DNA of 64,000 bases from Camelus ferus (lineage: Eukaryota): NCBI RefSeq assembly GCF_009834535.1, contig NC_045697.1, positions 79,734,001 to 79,798,000 of the forward strand. Reading direction: 5' to 3'. Position numbers and translations under genes: made by a program. Within the stretch, counting starts at the first letter, position 1. Each line of letters starts with the position of its first letter. This document shows, piece by piece, positions 53,757-64,000 of this stretch. Below the pieces are notes generated by a model that saw nothing but the letters and a program-made list of their open reading frames with translations, was not told the origin of the DNA and ran no database searches.

Positions 53757-53840
53757 ATGATGAACGAAGATGCAGCTCAGAAAAGCGACAGTGGGGAGAA
53801 GTTCAATGGCGGTAGTCAGAGAAGAAAAAGACCAAAAAAG
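53757..53840 (+). CDS. ANK2: Ankyrin-2 (ankyrin-B), first coding exon of the canonical isoform (28 codons, phase-0 donor; gene continues beyond the window)
   Basis: ATG ATG AAC GAA GAT GCA GCT CAG AAA AGC GAC AGT GGG GAG AAG TTC AAT GGC GGT AGT CAG AGA AGA AAA AGA CCA AAA AAG translates to [28 protein letters not shown], matching the ankyrin-B N-terminus as I recall it. Ends in the donor AAG|GTAAAT at 53840/53841. Absent from the supplied ORF track. Confidence 0.96.
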
Positions 53841-55709
53841 GTAAATTGCTGGAATTAGGAATGTCTGTATATAGGGGTGTGTGTGTGTGAGCGTGTAATG
53901 TCAGTGAGGCTTTAGAATCCGTGGAGTGTTGTGAGTAACTATAGAGTATATCAGTGCCAAACATTGCTGTTTAAAGAGGCAGGTGCAAACGCTGCTTTTT
54001 GAAAATAGGAAAGGGACCATGATTCATAATGGATTCGTGGACTGGAGCATGGTGAAGTGAGCGGAGATAAGGTGTGTTCGGCATGTGGATTACTGAGGAT
54101 TGTGGCCACTGCTGGATGCCTTTGGTGTTAATTGGGTACAGAGAGGGTCATTTTATTTTTAGAATGGGTGTGTTTCAAAGGAAGTGTTAAGCAAGGTGAA
54201 TTGGGAAGCAAAAGGAAGATTTGGGGCCAGATGTGTTTGCTCTGTGATGATCTTGAGATGGCTAGACAGCAAATGCCTTTTGGTTCCATGCAAAGTGTCT
54301 TCTTCCTAAGGAGAAAAGACTGTTGTGACAGGGAAAATATAATCCCCAGCATGATATTTTCTTTGGTTTGCTTAGCTCCTCTGCAGTTTTCCCAGACACT
54401 AATGTGACAGACAGCTCATTCACTGATTAAAATAAACGGCTAATGATATTATGGGGTGGGGGCTGTTGGGCACACAAAGCGGTCTGTAGGATTTCTTACC
54501 CTGGCACACATTCCACACCCTTGATTTTCATGAAAATGATACCAGTGAGAAACAGTGGGGAAAGATGTAAACTATTCAGCCCCACCCAATGCCAGCACTT
54601 CTTTCTTTATGGCCTGAATCCTGGTAAACTGTTGCAGCCTTACAGAGCCGATTGAGCCCCACCTCCGAAGGAGATGCCTTTTAAATAGTCTCCTAAAATC
54701 CATTTATTCCCTGAGTCAATAATATGGGCGGGATCTGTGATTCTCATGTAAATGGATTCCAGTAGTAGATGGTTTGGGGTTTTGAATGAGCAGGTTAAAA
54801 ACATAAGGATCCTGAGCAAATGAGTATGTTTTATTTTGATAATGTTGAGATTGCATTGTGCTTCACAATGATAGATCTCTGATGTACTAAATGTCTCATG
54901 TTTCAAAAAAAACTAAAATAATTCAGAACCTCTATTTAAAAAATCATTGCATTAGCAAACAAGGGATTAGTATATTTGCACAATGCCATGTAATTTGATG
55001 AAAATAAGCATGCCCACATATGACAGTTTTTAAATAATAGCATGAAGATAGTGATGCAATCTGATAAAGGCTAAAGGATAATTCAGGGCAGGTGGGAACA
55101 TTGGCAGAATGTCCTTCTGTACCTAGGGATTCTGGATCCCCCAGACCTGGAGGGCATTTTATAGAATGTTGCCTAATTGAGCAACATTTTTCTTTTAAAG
55201 AAAAAACAATTAGAAAAGAGGAGAGCAAGAGATAGGGAAAAAGAAAGGAAAAGGGAATTTTTGCTTGCATTCACAATATCATTTCAAAATTCTCTTCATT
55301 TCTCTCTGAAGTCCCTGTGCTGTATTAGAAACAATATACTCAGAAGTCTTAAAAGGGTGGAGAATGTATCTCAAGGAGATTTTAAGCTCTGAGTGATGGC
55401 ATTAAATTCACACACCAAAGGCATCTTAAAGTATCTGACGGGGTTAAGAAGATGAAATTATCATATGTGATAACTAATATTTTTAAAGCTCCATTTTCCC
55501 AAACATATTTATTTTAGGAGCAAATTTTTTTCCAAACTTGCAGTCAAAATGGTAGCAATTAATAGCAAGTTTTGAATGTGTGGTGTATGTTTGTGCATAC
55601 ATGAAAAGGCATGTATTAAATGAGCTGTTAAAACACGGTGCGGTTTGAGAGTTAAAAGTAATTTCACTCCAAAAGAAAACACACACACACACACACAGGT
55701 GTTTAAACA

Positions 55710-55900
55710 TCCTTCAGCTGGGCAAGTCAGGTGTAAGTGGGTTTGAATCTTAACTCTCCTTTATATGGCGTGTTTGGAGCCTATCAATTTCTCTGATCCA
55801 GGTCTTCATCTGTAAAATGTGAATAATTATGTATACTTTCGGTATTTTGTAAGGTTTGGAAATAATGTATATAAAATTTTTAGAGCAGTATGTAGTCGAT
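55710..55900 (+). mobile_element. MIR SINE
   Basis: GGGTTTGAATCTTAACTCT...TTCATCTGTAAAATGTGAATAAT. Confidence 0.65.
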
Positions 55901-56099
55901 GATAGTAACTTTAAGGTTTTGTTGCTGTTCCCTTAAACAGAAATTATTTATTGGAATAACCATGTAGAAGGAAAGTCTACTTATATTTTAGAGAGAGGTA
56001 GAATATAATACTGGTACTTTGCAAAGGCTTGTAGTCATTTTTCAAAATGTTGAAAGTTATAGTCTATAATTGGAAACTTTTTATCTCATATAAATTCTT

Positions 56100-56203
56100 T
56101 TTTTAAAATTAATTTATTTTTTAATAGCAGTACTGGGGATTGAACCCAGGATCTCGTGCATGCTAAGCACACACTCTACCACTGAGCTATACTCACCCAC
56201 CCC
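56100..56203 (-). mobile_element. tRNA-derived SINE (Vic-1-like)
   Basis: GTACTGGGGATTGAACCCAGGATCTCGTGCATGCTAAGCACACACTCTACCACTGAGCTATA. Perfect 15-bp TSD CTCATATAAATTCTT at 56085-56099 and 56204-56218. Confidence 0.93.
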
Positions 56204-56856
56204 CTCATATAAATTCTTGAGATTTACATAAATGTACCCTAGGTCTTTAGATTCCCACTTCACATCTTTTGCATAGCAGGCAACTTAAATTTTCATATTT
56301 AGAAACTTCTAAATTGTCCAAGCCACAAAATACAATATAATCCCCTCTCCTGGTAAATTTAATAGACCATTAAATGTGCTTTGTTAAGGAAATAATAATC
56401 AAGAGATAAGCATCCGTAATAAGGATGAAATCTGAGAAAGAAAGTCGAAGAATTGGAGCAAAGTCAATGTCATCTCACTTCGATTCCATTGTCTGTTTTT
56501 CTATGAGAGGTTCGTATTGAATCCACTGTAGGATTCTACATAAGCATCCAGGATTGTGGACCACCAGGATCACTGTGGCCTGGGTGTTGATCTTACACAT
56601 TGAGTCATATTTTTTGAATACATGCCTCTTCCTCAAGTAAATATTTAACAGATGAGCCGTAATCCTCTTGTTTATCCTATACTTCACACAAGGAATTCTT
56701 CTGAGGGACAGAACTAAAGAGACCTTTGCCACAAAACCCACATTGTGAGAAAATAAGTTCAAAGAGTTTATTTTATATTAGAATTTTAGTATCTGGAAGA
56801 CAGAAATTCTTTCAGCTTTTCTTAAGAATGTCTGTTCTGACTTCAGTAACTGAGCT

Positions 56857-57387
56857 TGTCAATGCCCGCCATGAGAAGACCACCGGGAACACACCAGGGG
56901 TTGGCTGTTTTGGAGTTACAACTCACTGCAGTGATGGAGGGTGCACATCATGAGGAGCCGAGTTAGCAACCACTCACTAGATTTGGGCTTTGAATGAGTG
57001 ATTTGGGGGAGAGTCCAAGAAACTGGGGGCTCACTCTGGGTTGGGTGCTCTCAGAAAGCAGGAACAGTTTTAGGATCTTGTATCCCAATAAATCTGATCT
57101 CTAGGATGGCAGACTAAAGCTGTAGTTGGTAAAGAAGCAGCAGTCTTTCAGTTAGCAAGAGAAGTGGGTGTCTGGTAGTTTTGGCTTGGACAATGTTCAT
57201 GTTTTGTCTGTATTTAGACATGATAAGGGAGTGGTGCCATTTTTGTCCTGCTCCTTCATGGTCACAGAGTGGTCTGATCTGATGATGATGCTCTGTGAAG
57301 TTATTTACGTTCAACAGTGAACACCAAGGTCAAGCTGATAGTAATAGGCCAGCTCCTGGATGTCAGCAGCTGCTTTTCTCTTTCTCA
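56857..57387 (-). mobile_element. Complete solo LTR with a 4-bp TSD (ERV1-class)
   Basis: TG...CA termini; minus strand begins TGAGAAAGAGAAAAGCAGCTGCTGACATCCAGGAGCTGGCC. TSD AGCT at 56853-56856 and 57388-57391. Confidence 0.8.
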
Positions 57388-58809
57388 AGCTTGAACACAA
57401 AGACCCTTTGGAGAGAGAGAGACAGATTTACTACTGGATGCTCCTTAGTGTCCAAGGAAAACAAATCAGATAGCTTTTTTGCTCAAGAAACCTTTTCATC
57501 TAATACTTTAACAAAATCGTTTCCTCAAGGCTCAGTTATTTCACACAAATAAATATTGCCTAAAGTGCAGATTTGGGATTGGTGTTCCAGTGATGGTTCA
57601 GTGGAGGAGAGGATATGGGAACTACTCTAACTCTCACCTGAATCCTGGACTACAAGGAAGCATTGGGACCTGTGTAAAATATATCAGGGTGGATTTTTAG
57701 CCTATTCTAAATCCCAGATGACTCTATAAAAATTTCTTCTTCTGGACACTATTTTGGCAGATTAGATTAAAATAGTCCAAGGCCATATTAGTGTTCAGTA
57801 ATTGACACTTTCCAATTATGTATCAATGACATGGCAGTGGGTTTGCACTGGAACAGCTCTAGGAGCCTTTGATAATTTGCATAAAGGATGATGGAAATGC
57901 CTGAGCATCAGTCACACGTGACAGAGCTGTGTGAAACCACTAGGCTTTGTGAGTTCTTCTAAAACAGGTAAATAATTAAGTGGCTTTATTTCCATTTTCC
58001 TCATTTGGTGGAATAGCTATATAAAGATTAAAATATAAGTAAGTACTATTGTTTTTAACAGAGTTATAAGCTAGGATGACAGAGTTATAAGATAGAATTC
58101 TGTAAGATAGAATATAAGATAGGATATCCAATATTCATTTAAGAAGTTTTGATCTGGAGCATTGTTTTAAAATATTTATGAGCAGTGCAAAAATATTTTG
58201 GTGTTATATAATTTTATTGCTGTTCACTTGCCACTGCCTAAATGGGGAGCTGAGAGTGGTACCAGATGTGTGATTGAAATGATACATCATTGAAATATGA
58301 ATGAGAGACATAGTAAAGGTTTATTTTTACAGCAGCCACAGAAAGCTTGGCTTTTTTAGTGGAATCAGGTAGCCGATCCAACATTTGGATATTCAAGTTA
58401 TCTTGCAGTCCAATTAGTCCTGAATTTATTTGGTGCCTTGTCTTGTTCAGTCAAGTCTGCAAAGTCTTTCATGTATAATATCCCCATTTCTTCATTTTCC
58501 AAAAACTTATGATTGACCCTCTATTTTACATCAGTTTATAACCCAAAATAACATGTGTTGCCTGAAGACAGCAATTCCCCATCACTGAAGGTATTTTAAA
58601 TGACCATCTGTCAGAGATGATGGAAATTTTTTTATTGGATGGAAAAATCCCTTACAACCTGGTATTCTGTGATTTCCTTTCTATGTCTGTCTCTGTTTAC
58701 ATCTCTTTTGACCCACTTTCATATTACTGATTTTTTTCATGTTAATTTCATATGTGAGTAATAGCTAGATACTAATCCTATAATATCTTTTTTAGAGTAA
58801 AGTGCTATC

Positions 58810-58956
58810 TGCTGACCACAACTACCAGAATTACCTGGGTTGTCTGCTAAAAGAATAAAATCCTTAGGACACACTTTAGATCTGTGCAGTCACTTTTGGA
58901 GATTTTTAACAGGCTCCCCACTGTTTTTTATGTGCTCTAGAGTTTAGAACCATTGC
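58810..58956. mobile_element. MER5-like hAT-Charlie remnant
   Basis: CAGAATTACCTGGG...TTTTTAACAGGCTCCCCA...AGTTTAGAACCATTG. Confidence 0.6.
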
Positions 58957-59124
58957 ATTAGAATGTGGTCAGTAGGCATGAAGTAGAGCTATTTTAGAAA
59001 GAAGAATCTCTTATTTCAATTAGATGTGTTAGATTCCCCTTACATTTGTTTCTTTTAAGCCTAGATGGCAACAGCAACAGAAAGAGAAAGAATTTTCCCC
59101 CTTATTCTACCCCTAGAACCTAGA

Positions 59125-59225
59125 ACTGCTTCACATATACCATCTCATTTAATCTTCAAAATAACTCTTGTTGAGTATTATTATCCCAGTTTCGTAGATG
59201 AGGAACTGGAGACTCAGAGACCTCA
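59125..59225 (-). mobile_element. MIR fragment
   Basis: ATCTCATTTAATCTTCA...TATTATCCCAGTTTCGTAGATGAGGAACTGGAGACTCAGAGA. Confidence 0.75.
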
Positions 59226-59420
59226 TGTAGAGATGGTGATGGAGAAATGATAGGCAGTTTTCTCACCAATCAACAAGTGACATATTTTGAACCGTTTCTC
59301 CCATGGAAACCAGATGCTAAGCTATTCTATGCTAAGCTATTCCTGTGTCTCTTGCAAAGCTTCTAAGCTATCTATAGCCTCATCTTCTAAGATAGCCTCC
59401 AGATTTTTTCCTCCAATGTT

Positions 59421-59588
59421 TTTTTTTAATCTTTATAAAAAAATCTTTTGTTTTGTTTTTTTTGGGGAAGGTAATTAGTTTTATTTATTCATTTATTTTA
59501 TTTTTATTATTTTTTTTAAAGGACTGGGGATTGAACCCAGGACCTTGTGCTAAGCATGTGCTCTACCACTGAGCTGTACCTTCCTCCT
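59421..59588 (-). mobile_element. tRNA-derived SINE (Vic-1-like)
   Basis: GACTGGGGATTGAACCCAGGACCTTGTGCTAAGCATGTGCTCTACCACTGAGCTGTACC. Near-TSD CCTCCAATGTT (59410) and CCTCCAGTGTT (59589). Confidence 0.9.
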
Positions 59589-62500
59589 CCTCCAGTGTTG
59601 CTCCCTATGTTTCATCAGTTGATCACATTCTTCAAAATGCTCACTCTAATCTCTGGGAAGAATACATAAAATGGGTTTCTTTCTCAACTGTCCATAATTT
59701 TCTTCCAAGCAGGACTTCTCTTGTCCCTCCTTTTGCTTTCATTACATTTTGTGACATATTGGTGTGGCTGTTTCTTTTAGTTTATACAGACAATGTACTG
59801 GGCTTTGAAAATCCACAAAAATGAAGGAGACAGCGAAAGAAGTAAACAGGCATCTTCATGTGGGTTAGGCATATTGCATTAAGCTAGCAAAAAAAGTTGA
59901 TCCTACTTTCACAATTTGAGTTCTAATCATTCTCTTGAGGAACTTTGTGAGTGTGCTATTCTCAGTAATTGTTCTGTGCAAGGCTCTTTTTGATATACTT
60001 TTTTCTGAAGTGTTTGAGATTTCTTTTTGCTTCTCGATAAAGTTTCTAAAGAGACAAGTGATTGCGTATTGAAATAGAATCGCAGATTTTTAATCTGTAT
60101 TTGTTACTGCCTTGTCCCGATTCAGAGTCCACTAAATGATAAATGTGTCTCTAGCTTGATTTCTTTCCTGCTTGTATGCTGTTCCAATTCCTGTTGGGAG
60201 CAGAAACAAAACCACTGCCTATTTTTATCTCAGTGGGCACTAGCAGGATTCATCACAACAAATCAATGTATCATCTCAGTTTCCTTTTACTTTGGAAGGG
60301 TAGAGTTGGAATTGCTACCAAACGAGACAATCTTTTGATAGAAATACTTGAGACCAAGTAAATATGATAGGATATTTCTTTTCTTTGAAATCCATTAATA
60401 CCTGCCAACCCTTCAGGGAGGGTCAAGTTTTAAAAGCTGGAGGGAGACGGTAAGAACGGTTCTAGTTAACGATACACCTAAATCTAGAGGGTAAGCTTCG
60501 ACTTAGTTACCAGACCAGGTTTTTATTCATGTTTTTCTGGTAACTTGCAGAAAACTGCCATCTTCTTCTACCCACTAATTTGTGTTTGTGCTCATTAAGA
60601 CAAAGACCTTAATTTCTAACATTTGCTTAATGAGTTTCAATTTCTAAGAATCAGCTTGTTTAACTCAGTTTAATTTAGATGTTTTCTCCTGACACATAGG
60701 AAAGCTCCTTTAATTCAGTAATTTTGTATTGGTTTGCTAGGTATATCGCATTGCAGTAGCTGCTATGACATTGCTGGGCTGAGAGTCAATGATTGATACC
60801 CTCACGGAGTTTATAATCTGATTGAGCAGACATTTCTTCCCCACAAAATGTCCAATCCAGAGAAATATTATAAGTATTATGTAATACCTATAAGTATTAT
60901 AAGTAATGATTATTACAGTGTATATTGCTGAAAGTACCAACAGGAGCCTGGAGAAGAGCAAGAGAGCAGTGTGATTTTGTCAAAACATTAAGCCATACGA
61001 GTGGGTGAGCAATAGCCCTGAGCCTTGAATTTCAGCTAATACTTGGGTATGAAGGAAGGGGATACACAGACAATCTGGATGGGTTAGTCCCGGCCATATA
61101 ATTACAAGTCACATTAAAGGTTAGGAAACTATTGAGACGTTTATTGAGACGTTTATTTACAGTTATGAACTTTGTGGGTGCTCTGAGCTTTGGTCAGTTG
61201 TAGGCTTACATTTTGGAGTCCATCTCATTTGGGTGATTACTTGGTGTCCTATAGCTTGTATCTCTCTAATCCCACTCATCTTATCTGGGATGCCTTGCCT
61301 CAAATATATTCATGTTTATACATTATTTCTGTAGTCAGTAGTAAATTCCAGTCAATAAGCCTCCAAATTAACAAGGCATCTCGATCTAATAGAAACCCTT
61401 TTTGAAACTGTACAAATAATCAACTTCTGCCTTTACCTTAAGAGACACTAATATGGTTAACTCAGGACGGTAATTACCTAGAACACTCATACAGGAATTT
61501 CTAAGACTGTACATATTAGCTGAAAATGGCTTTTATCATTTGGTTATTGCTGTATCTGTATTAGGTTAGCCCACTTTGTGTGTTGGCATACTTTTGAGTT
61601 TGCTCCAAGTAGCCAGGTCCTTCCTGTTGGATTTTCAGATCCTAGAATGTGAAATCCACGACTTTTCCCTTTTTTCCGCTTGCCTGGTTTGTCTACAGGT
61701 TAATGCACGTGATCTTTGTCCATCTTCATCAGACCAATCACTTTACCTCTGACCATCTTTGACCTTCTAGGATAATTATAACCATTGCCAGCTCAGAGAG
61801 CATTCCAAATTAAAGAGAAAGAAGTAAGGGAGTGTTTTAGAAATAAAACTGTGAAAACAGAAACATGCATTAGGATCTGTGTGGCTTTTGCAAGTTTGAA
61901 GAAGTTAAAAATGAAAGGTGGACCATTCTAGGATGTTTCACCAAGTGCTAGTTAAGTGATATCTTTTTACAGGTATTTTAGTGTAATAATGTAATAATTT
62001 ATCATAATGCTGATCTTTGACCATAAATATCTCTACGTGGCAAATTGAGTCAGTTTAGGGCAGGGTGTTCTAACTTTTAAAAAATTATTGAAAAATTTAA
62101 AAAAGCAAAACATTATGGGAATTGTATATGAGAACTTTGGTATTTTCTGTGTCAGAATTTCAGTTCTCTTTTCATATATTGTGTATCCCCAAAGATTCCT
62201 TTTCCTAGGTGTTCTAAATATTTGCCCTGAATTCAGAGGGTGTGGTGGCAAGATGCCCTCCTCTCTTATTTTATAGCACTGTCTCACTATAATCACTGCA
62301 CAGAGGGGGAGGCGACAGACCTAAAGACCAATATTTTAAAATGAAAATCAGGAAGGAAAAAAAACTAGAACAAGTACAGACACTTTGCATTCAGTAGTTT
62401 AGAGATGCTGTTAGAACAATGAGAACTACCCATCCTATTGGCTTATTTAGATGAGTATGAATATCTGCTTGAGTTTTCTCACATTCAGTCAAATCTGTGT

Positions 62501-64000
62501 TTCACCTGTCACAATTGTCTAGTATTTTCTGTGTAACTGACAGTAAATCATTTCAGTGTCCTCTTAGAGCAGTCACATTCAGAAGATGAGATCTACATAT
62601 GAATTTGGTATGTGTATGTTACTGTCATGAACCATACATAGTAAGTATACTTAATAATTGTCTATGCAACTGAGCCTTAGTGTGATTTATCATGTATCGT
62701 CATTTATGTAGAAAAGTTGTTCAAAAGCTGATATTTAAATGGCCAAAGAATATACTTCATGAATAGCCTGTCGGAATTAGTTCTGTTCTGCCTCAGCATG
62801 AAGAGGGGAAGACTATCACAGAGGTGTATACTTACAAATCATTCCTCTGTCCTAGTACTTTGGTGTGGCTTTGGGCTGCACACCTGTGCACTGCTGGGTC
62901 ACGCAGCATGTAATGGGGACGTGTGCCCAAGACAGAGTTAAGGCAAATTTGTTGTACTCAGGGCTGTGAAGTTTCTTCTAAATCTCCTGAAAGAAAACTA
63001 ATGGCATATTCAATATGGTTCAATATGGTTCTCAGCATCCCATCCTCTGTAGAAAGTCAAGGTACTGCTCTGTCCTGATGATAGTGTATTATCCTGTATA
63101 GCACAAGGTGAGGAGAAGGATTGAGGAAATGTCCTGTAAGTAGCTCCTCTGCCACCCATTTCAGAAGACACGCATCAAAGTTTGTGGATTCAGCAAGATA
63201 AAATAAATTTGCAGTGAGGTTTATTTGCAGAGCAGTTTTTGTGTGTGTATGTGGTGTGGGTTTCAAGGTACTATAATTGTTTGATCATTTTGAACACATA
63301 AATCTGATATTAGAATAGAATTTACATTGTAGAGTGTACCCCCTAGTTCTAGGGAAAGGATTTGGTTCTTCCAAGACAACATTCAGAACAAAAAGAAACA
63401 AGTGACAGGAGTAAAATAAAGTAGGTATGTAAAATTCTTTTTGTTGTTGTTGAGAATTTTGTACTTATACTTGAGAATTCAGAAATTGGCAATGTTTTGC
63501 TCATAGCCTGTAATTTATAGTAGTGACTATGAAAAGCCTTAAACTATGCATTTGTTTTCCTAAATTTAGACTATTTTGAAAACCACATTTGAGTAGCATT
63601 AATAAAATGTTCATAACACATTACTCTGAGACACTGAATAAGTCCATGTACTGGAGTTCTAGGATAAATAGTGACTGGGTTTTGGTTTGAATTGCTCAGC
63701 TAGTTAGGGCTTTGTGCTGGTCTGGCCACTGTAGTCCAGACAGGCCAATTATCTTCATTCTCAAAGGCATGGACTTCATTCTTAACCTCAGAGAGTGGCT
63801 GATCAAAGGGAGAAAGTGCAGGAGAACACTTAGATGTGTGCGAACCCAAATCTATTACCCAAACACATACACTTTTAAAAAATGAATGTTCTATTGACAC
63901 ATTTGTGTGTGTCAAGATTATCTTCTAATTACTTATCTCCTCAATATGAAAAGGAATTCTGTCTTTTGTAGAAGATCCAAATGAGGAGCAACAATAGTAA

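Noticed and set aside
1..64000. The supplied ORFs (60-149 aa) as protein-coding genes
   Set aside because: None resembles a protein I recognise. Many lie in L1, L2, LTR, SINE or microsatellite sequence, and several use non-ATG starts. This is expected noise in mammalian non-coding DNA.
53841..64000. ANK2 exon 2 (start of the ankyrin repeats)
   Set aside because: No SDSNASFLRAARAG-like coding sequence seen; it presumably lies beyond the window.

Overview
AT-rich, repeat-dense mammalian genomic DNA. Seven copies of a tRNA-derived SINE resembling the tylopod Vic-1 family suggest a camelid (camel, alpaca or llama). The only coding sequence I can support is the first coding exon of canonical ankyrin-B (ANK2), + strand 53757-53840 ([28 protein letters not shown], then a GT donor). 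It sits behind a compact promoter with an RFX X-box, an inverted CCAAT, E-boxes, a C-rich tract and an upstream (AC)24. The ~53 kb before it is upstream sequence (probably intronic to more distal ANK2 first exons) and the last ~10 kb is intron. The rest is transposon fossils: SINEs, truncated L1, L2, CR1/L3, MIR, MaLR/ERV solo LTRs and DNA transposons, several nested and with readable target-site duplications (TSDs). None of the supplied ORFs looks like a real gene. I see no multi-gene novel system. The best leads are an out-of-frame uORF overlapping the ANK2 start, a poly(A)-tailed LTR-like retrocopy with three internal repeats, a distal RFX motif cluster, a perfect 16-bp hairpin beside a C-run tract, and an unclassified ~540-bp insert in an L2. 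Repeat family names come from recall of consensus sequences, not a database search, and boundaries without TSDs are approximate.
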